Part shown: piece by piece, positions 56,180 through 64,000 of the stretch
Numbering within the stretch: the stretch's first letter is position 1
Layout: every line of letters starts with the position of its first letter
NCBI RefSeq assembly: GCF_006345805.1
Contig: NC_042998.1
Coordinates: 31,620,001-31,684,000 of the forward strand
DNA length: 64,000 nt
From: Octopus sinensis
Lineage: Eukaryota
Reading direction: 5' to 3'
Notes under the pieces: model-generated
Seen by the model: the letters and a program-made list of their open reading frames with translations, nothing else
What the model was told of the DNA's origin: nothing
Databases searched by the model: none
Made by a program: the position numbers and the translations under genes

Positions 56180-56625
56180 TTAACAGAAATCGAGAATAGA
56201 GTTTGAGATGGTTTCTCGCACATCTACCCAATACTCCGATGACGGTAGGGACAGCTTTTATGTTTGACTCTGGTAGCTGTCATATCTTAGCGATCTCAAT
56301 TCCCACGTCTCCATATTTAACAACCTTTTCTCTTTCTTTCATGATAATATGTTTATCTCCAGGCACTGCTACGTCGACTATTAGGCACTCTTGTTTGTCC
56401 CTCCTAAAGGTTACTATATCCGACTTTCGGTTCTCTCACACCTTCTCTGGACTTTGATTTCAGGACTTTTGCCTTCCACTTTTCATCCATTAAATTTTCC
56501 GGTGTATGTTGGTATCAAGCACCCGTTACCTCGTATTTATACTTCCAGCATAGTAGCCAGTGAAGGCTTTGGGCTACCTTGTCGTGTCTGGGCTTGTACT
56601 CTTTCTACGCAAAACTTTCACAAGC
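56180..56625 (-). mobile_element. R4/Dong-clade non-LTR retrotransposon C-terminal relic (restriction-like endonuclease domain)
   Basis: Minus strand reads KEYKPRHDKVAQSLHW...YQHTPE...KSDIVTFRRDKQECLIVDVAVPGDKHIIMKEREKVVKY...KAVPTVIGVLG: RHD, (P)D..D and K..KY motifs of the REL endonuclease; stops and a frameshift present. Confidence 0.85.
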
Positions 56626-56654
56626 ACCAACAATGTGAGTCACGCTTTCACCCC

Positions 56655-56816
56655 TATTATTATTATTGTTATTACTATTATTATTATTATTATTATTATT
56701 ATTGAGTGAGAGAGCAGTTCATGCCATCAAAGTGACACTGGGGTAAAATATACGAAGCCCAATATACCCATCATGACTACCCGCTTGATAAGGGTACACC
56801 AGGCACATGCATCATA

Positions 56817-56875
<59 letters not shown>

Positions 56876-56880
56876 CATCG
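56655..56880. repeat. (TTA)n arrays enclosing a 107-bp LINE-type 3' tail (56706-56812, minus)
   Basis: Direct reading; the insert reads ...gtgtcactttgatggcatgaactgctctctcactc(aat)n on the minus strand. Confidence 0.75.
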
Positions 56881-57149
56881 TACTTTAGATTTGTTTGAAT
56901 TCATACAAGCTGCAGACATGTCTCAATCAGAGATTACGAGGGCTAAGAGCTGCAACTTAGCAGGTTAGCAGGTGAGATGCCATACAATTGAAAAAATACT
57001 GAGTTCTGTATTATACTTCGGGCGGATTTGAATTCAGATATAAAAAAAGCTGGAAGAAATGTCTCACAGCATTTCCTTCTAAAGCCTAGAAATTCAGCCT
57101 GGCTGCTACTCTACCAATAATAATTTTCAGTTGTTTTTTTTTTTCAATT

Positions 57150-57440
57150 CTTGAGAAAGTACTTGTCATATGATGGATGTTGCAACCATAGCTGACAAAA
57201 GTACATCTCTGAAAACGTTTTGAAAGCTGAGCGAAGATAAACCTTCGGAGATTGAAATTAGAAGAATGCGGCATCACAAAGCAACAATATTACCTATTGT
57301 TATTGGAGCAGTTGCAACTATATCAAGAGGAGCAAATAAATATGGAGACCAAAATTCTAACACTCCCAAAATAATTAAATAGCATGATTTAAATTATGAG
57401 CACTTCACATATATTGTACGCAAATTACCCCCCATGTAAA
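57150..57440 (+). mobile_element. Second, more decayed R4/Dong-like C-terminal relic
   Basis: Reads MMDVATIADKSTSLKTF*KLSE..SEIEIRRMRHHKATILPIVIGAVATISRG..., matching the D(V)...EK..KY..L.IEI..MW....PIVIGA(L)G pattern. Confidence 0.6.
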
Positions 57441-57774
57441 TCCAGTCTTATTCATTCAGATATTTAAGTGAACCTTACCGTTCACTCTTTCGAAAATGAC
57501 AATCGAATACTTGGGTTGACGGCGTCCTCTAACATCTATCCTCAGAATTGCGGACCTTGTGTCGAAATCAAATCGAAAAGTTGTCTTGGATGCACGTTTT
57601 TAAAAGATTAGTTTTATAGGTAATTATTTTCCAGTATTATCTCTCAGACAATTTTTCTTTGTCTCATGTTAAGAACCAAATACTTTGGACTTCAAAACAT
57701 TGTTTTATCTAACCACTTTCGTTTCTGCCATTGGCCATTTACATTATTTAAACGTGCTGCAAGATGCCGACGCA

Positions 57775-57837
57775 GTGATGGTAGTGGTGGTGGCAGCGGT
57801 TGTAGTAGTAGTAGTAGTAGTGGTGGTAGTGGTAGTG

Positions 57838-57889
<52 letters not shown>

Positions 57890-57894
57890 CAGTG

Positions 57895-57928
<34 letters not shown>

Positions 57929-57960
57929 CAGCAGCAGCAGCAGCGGCAGCAGCAACAGTA
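57775..57960. repeat. (GTA)n/(GCA)n trinucleotide array
   Basis: Direct reading; explains the poly-Ser/Val/Leu/Thr ORFs. Confidence 0.97.
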
Positions 57961-58853
57961 TCAATAACGGAATAAAACGTGACACACAAATTTTCATAGC
58001 TCGAAAAAGACTTAAGACATCAATATGCATATGAAATATACAGACGAAGCTTCTAGCATAAACACAGTAGAACAATAGAAAGCAGAAAATAGATAAATGT
58101 CGTAAATATTAATGTGAATGATATAAAAAAAAGCCAGTGTAATCAGTATTAGGAAGATTATTCACAACTTTGAAAATTCTGCTTACGTTATACGTTGTTT
58201 GTTATAAGGCACTGATTTATTATGAGCCAGGTCAAAGAAAACTTGAAATATATGAACAAATTCTGTCGTTAGAAACAGGACTAACTTGCACGATGTCTTT
58301 AACCAGGAAATCCATGGAGAACCGTGGCATGCTATCGACAAATACAATGGCTTCGGCTCACCAGCAATAGGTCACCACTATAGAATAAACAAGCTTAAGA
58401 TGTGACATATACGAGCAAATATGCACGTATATATATGCATATTTTTGGTAACATGGTCGCTCAACGCGTAATAAATCTTATGCCAAGCTTCTTCAAATCA
58501 AACTCAATACGGACTCATTGTATACTGTAATATAATTCGCATTCTGTCTGAATAAATTGGCGGTGGGAATCGCGATTAAAATACCGCAATCACAGGAGAC
58601 ATGGGGTAAAACATCTACAAGCAATCGCATTACGATCTCTGAGATTTTATGTTAATGTTAAGATAATGTGATAAAACAGGAATGTAACAACTCAGTCAGG
58701 AAACGAATATGGATATAGCAGATTATAAAGGATGTTCAACTCAATATTTTCACGATATCATTTATAGCTTCATTATCTACTTCGAGATAAGCTGTTTCAA
58801 AAAACAATTATTTCACCCTATCTCGAAGTTTCTATATTTTTATAACGTACACA

Positions 58854-58854
<1 letters not shown>

Positions 58855-58906
<52 letters not shown>

Positions 58907-59048
58907 TGCACATATACACACACATATACAACCGCACACGCATATGTGTGTATATATATACATATATCTGTATGTATGTATGTATGTATGTATGTATGTA
59001 TGTATGTATGTATGTATGTATGCATGTATGTATGTATATGTATGTATG

Positions 59049-59080
<32 letters not shown>

Positions 59081-59085
59081 ATATA
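58855..59085. repeat. (CA)n/(TATG)n/(TA)n compound microsatellite
   Basis: Direct reading. Confidence 0.95.
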
Positions 59086-59092
59086 GTCTATA

Positions 59093-59199
59093 GGCGTAGG
59101 AGTGGCTGTCTGGTAAGTAGCTTGCTTGCGAACAACATGGTTCCGGGTTCAGTCCCACCGTGTGGCACCTAGGCCAAGTGTCTTCTACTATAGCCTCGG
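59093..59199 (+). mobile_element. 5' part of family B SINE
   Basis: ggcgtaggagtggctgtctggtaagtagc...gggttcagtccc...gtgtcttctactatagcctcgg. Confidence 0.85.
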
Positions 59200-59689
59200 T
59201 AAATTAGGGTCAATGTAAAAAAAAATTTACCAGTGAGTGCGTTACATTATAAGGCACACAAAGAAAATGACTCTCCCCAGACACGACAGTATATATATAT
59301 AGATATATAATTAATTCATTTTATACCATTTCACTGCAGTAGTATATTTGCAAAAAATGCCTTATTGAAGAAAGAAGCGATCATGCACTTTAAATATTTT
59401 AGTGTATAATTAAAATGTAAACTAATTTTGACCAACTATAAAATCATTCTTTCACGTGGTAAATTTCTTTGAGTGCAGCTTAAAATAAAATATCCAATCG
59501 TTGCTATCAAATTTCGAAAATAGAAGAAATAAATGATTTTTTCTTCCATTGACCTTAATTTACCATTCTGCTTTTCCCGAAATAAGGATCAAGCTTATTA
59601 TATGTAATCCTCTTCGAATTAAAAGATTTCCAGGAATAAAATCTTAACGCTAAAATATTGGAAGTGTATATTTTGAAAAATATCTCGAA

Positions 59690-59693
59690 TACA

Positions 59694-59757
<64 letters not shown>

Positions 59758-60187
59758 CATACATAATTACATACATACATACACCCATACACGCACACAC
59801 ATATATATACATACATTCGTATACACATATACGTATGCATGTATATATGTATGTATATATTTATATATATATAACTATCTATATATAGATACAGATATAC
59901 ACACACACGCACACAAATGTATACTTTCTTCTTATATATATTGCTCTTTGTACACGAATGCTTACATGTATACATGCATAAGTATATTCACATATGTGTA
60001 TAGTATATTTAAACACACACACACGTAAAGGCAGTTCTCCAGCATTGCTACAGTCAAATGACTTAAACAAGTAAAAGAGTAAGAGTAAAAGAGAGTGTAT
60101 ATATATATATATAAATATGAATATATGTATATATATATGAATATATATATATATATATACATCTATATATATAATTAGAAATATATA

Positions 60188-60231
<44 letters not shown>

Positions 60232-60333
60232 ATATATATATCTATATATATATATATTTATATATAAATATAGATATATATGCATATATTTATAAATATA
60301 AATATATATGTATATATATATGTATATATATAT

Positions 60334-60403
<70 letters not shown>

Positions 60404-60840
60404 TATATATATATATATATTATATATATATATATGTGTGTGTGTGTATATATGTATCTATGTATATATATGTTGACTCATAAACACCCACTCATACACA
60501 CGCACAAATGTACACATACATAGACAGATTGAGTAGTAAATATGTTTATTATTACGCATTCATCACGCAGATTCATGGTATTACTAAGATTGATAACCAC
60601 TCGCAAGGTTATAGCAGAAGACACATGGCCAAGCTGCCACGCAGTGGGACTGAGCCCGGAACCATATGGTTGGTAATCAAGCTTCTTACCACACAGTCAC
60701 ACCTTCGCCTCTACTTACGTACACACACTCATACGTACGCACACACCCACACATACATTCGCACATATATACGGATATACGCACCTATACTCATACATGC
60801 ATGCAAAAGTATGTAGATATGTATGTGTGTGGGTATGTGC

Positions 60841-60873
<33 letters not shown>

Positions 60874-61441
60874 TATATATATATATATATATCTATATAT
60901 GTATATATATATATATATATACATACATATATATATATATATATATGGTTGTGCGACCATCCCAGCTTTGATTTCAAGAACGACAAACGAAATGTCTTCA
61001 GATAACAAGCAGTATTCCTTTGTGACTCAACGTGATAAATGTTTCTATTGATTAATGTTTCCTTGTAACAACCTCGTTAATTATTATTATAAAGAATACT
61101 CCATTGAGAATAATTTATTAATATTATTTTACATCCTTTCCTTTCCATTGTTTTTCTCTATTAAAGATAATCTCCAAGTGTCAATAGGTAGTTATTTTGG
61201 CCGGTTAAATGTCAAGTTGCAAACAAAATAATAGGATTGAATTATTATAAATCATAACTGAATTAGATACGACGAATATTTGTCATTCATTGGCGAATTT
61301 ATTTATGCCTGTTTTTCATCAGTCTCTCTTTTCCATTCCTCCGTCTCTGTCTATCTTTCTCTCTCTCTCTCATACACATGCGTATATGTGTATATATATA
61401 TAATACATATACATATATAAAGGCATATATATATGTATAAA

Positions 61442-61497
<56 letters not shown>

Positions 61498-61657
61498 TGT
61501 GTATATGTATGCATATATAAATATACATATATATATGTATATAAATATTATATATGTATATGTATGTGTATATATGTATGTATATAAATATACATATATA
61601 TATGTATATAAATAATATGTGTGTATATATGTATATGTATATATGTATATATATATG

Positions 61658-61735
<78 letters not shown>
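59690..61735. repeat. Cluster of degenerate (TA)n arrays (59690-60480, 60715-60950, 61350-61735)
   Basis: Direct reading; includes a family B tail at 60027-60095. Confidence 0.9.
60604..60709 (-). mobile_element. 5' part of family B SINE
   Basis: Reverse complement of the head through gtgtcttctgctataacc. Confidence 0.8.
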
Positions 61736-61910
61736 AATGAAAGAATGGAGTCGAACGAAGATTTTAACAAAATTCCTTTACTCTCAACACATGTTTCGAA
61801 GACTGCATACTCTTAATTCAATGCCTCCAAACAAACGCATATGATATCTACCTCGCCCGCTCTCAATATATATATACATACATACACACGTACATATATC
61901 TACATGTAAT

Positions 61911-62126
61911 ATTCTTTTCTACTCTAGGCACAAGGCCCGAAATTTTTGGGGAGGAGGCAGTCGATTTGATTGACCCCAGTGCGTAACTGGTACTTATTTA
62001 ATCAACCCCGAAAGGATGAAAGGCAAAGTCGACCTCGGCAGAATTTGAACTCAGAACGTAAAGACGGACGAAATACTGCTAAGCATTTCACCCGGCGTGC
62101 TAACGTTTCTGCCAGCTAGCCGCCTT
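61911..62126 (-). mobile_element. Full-length monomeric family A SINE
   Basis: Tail attcttttctactctaggcacaaggcccg, core, and head ending ccagctagccgcctt. Confidence 0.92.
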
Positions 62127-62384
62127 ATCTTCATGTAGTATTATCTGCTTAATAACCTTCTAGCGTACTTTCCAAAGCTTCTCTCCGGGTATCGGCTACC
62201 AGATACTATCATACAGTAGGACTTCTCTTTTTACTGGATTCTCATATAGGAATCTGTGAGTGTACGTAGATTTTGTACAAAAGAACTTTAGGAAGAGAGG
62301 ATAGAATGAACAGGCTGATATCCCGAAATAATTGTAGTGATGTGTAATAAAAGCTGTTTATTCCATCTTCACGTGCAAAAATGC

Positions 62385-62520
<136 letters not shown>

Positions 62521-63130
62521 ATAATCGCGAACACGCATATTATAAGTACATACGTATGCAAGAAAATAGAGACACATATATAGAAGAACGCGCAGAATGT
62601 TTCAAGGAGAATTCCCATCAATACTTACGCCTTCTACAAACGTAAAAGGCCTAATATAATCGTGTTGAATCATCGGAGGTAGATGTCCTGCGGTTTGTGA
62701 ACATCACTTCAAAAATCAGCGAAAAGGATAACATCTACGAATTACTGCTTTGAATATTGCATCGTATTACACTTTATATCTTTAATACAAATTCACATAT
62801 GACATATTTTCGCTCGTGGATATGTAAGTGAACGTTAGTGATAATCTGTAAAAGCAAATGATTTTCGGCAGCAGAAATTGTCCATGTGACATGCACTTTA
62901 GAGAAAGGCAAAAATATACAATATTTTACTCTAAACATCTTAAGGCAGCATTTAGCGTTTTTTGTTACTAATATTCTATGGATGAAGCTTTCTTTCTTTG
63001 TTACGGACCTACTGCTTTCTTGAGTTAGTTGAAAAAAATAAACAAAAAACCTCTGGAGTTGAATTTGTTTTCTGGGGTTTTCGAGAAAGGATGGTTTGGA
63101 AGTGGTTGAGTTGTCCTTTGGTATTTGAAC

Positions 63131-63358
63131 AGGCAGAAACGTTAGCACGTCGGGCGAAATGCGTAGCGATATTTCGTCTGCCGTTATGTTTTGAGTTCAA
63201 ATTCCGCCAAGGTCGACTTTGCCTTTCATCCTTTCGGGGTCGATTAAAAAAGTACCTGTTACGCACTGGGGTCGATATAATCGACTTAATCCGTTTGTCT
63301 GTCCTTGTTTTTCCTCTCTGTGTTCAGCCCCTTGTGGGTAGTAAAGAAATAGGTATTT
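63131..63358 (+). mobile_element. Family A SINE monomer with alternative tail
   Basis: gcagaaacgttagcacgtcgggcg head, core, tail ...gtgggtagtaaagaaataggtattt. Confidence 0.88.
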
Positions 63359-64000
63359 GGGATCTATATGTGTGTGTATGTATGTCTAAGTGTGTGTATG
63401 CGTGGTGAACTTTTAGCGGTTTGCTTAGAGAGAAATGGAAAAGAAAGAAAAAAGAACGAAAGAAAAAAAGGAAGAAAGAGAGGAAGTAGGATAGGGTTTT
63501 TTTCTAAAACGGTTGAAAGTGATGACAGGTGAAAAAGGTCAACATTTTTTTATGAATTGAAACAAATTTCTTTTAGTCATTGTGTGACTGATAGTATTTT
63601 CGATCGAGTTTCATGTTACCCAACCGCAGATAATAAGATCTGTCAAACTGTTTTGGAAGGTTTTTTGTAATGCGTGTGTATGTGTGTGTGCGTGTGTGTG
63701 TGTTTGTATTTGTGTCTGTGAATGTGGTGAATGTGTGTGCGTGTTTGGAAGAATATGTGACTCGTGTGTGTTGGTCGCTTAAGTGAATTTTTATCCAAAT
63801 CCTGATAACCTCCTTTTTCTTAATATATACAGAATCTGTACACCACATCGCACAATATATGCAGTTATAAATACATAAATACATACATACATACATACAT
63901 ACATACATACATACATACATACACACACACAACAGGCACGCACACACACAAGCACTCATGCATAAAAACATACATGCATGCGTATGTGATTATATTTTCA

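Noticed and set aside
57666-58075. Poly-Ser/Val/Leu/Thr ORFs
   Set aside because: They derive from the (GTA)n/(GCA)n microsatellite.

Overview
This is AT-rich, repeat-saturated eukaryotic DNA, most likely a large intron or intergenic stretch of a coleoid cephalopod. Octopus is inferred from the SINE families and microsatellite load and was not verified. I recognise no intact host protein-coding gene; almost all ORF-track entries are translations of microsatellites or SINEs. The window holds several tRNA-headed SINE families (some as head-to-tail multimers), decayed 3' ends of CR1-like and R4/Dong-like LINEs, Tc1/mariner transposase relics, and several foldback or inverted-repeat structures. 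The most notable signal is a set of minimal type I hammerhead-ribozyme motifs in Penelope-like or retrozyme-like repeats. One has a fully canonical core (14928-15017, -). Two unrelated ones have a compensatory U3:A8 core (29040-29078, +; 50573-50612, -). A four-copy family has a CUGUNGA core, and there are further relics. One inverted duplication breaks within 1 nt of a predicted cleavage site, and one ribozyme sits in a 358-bp unit with 43-bp terminal redundancy. All folds were made by eye and activity is untested. SINE family labels A-E and P1 are my own working names.
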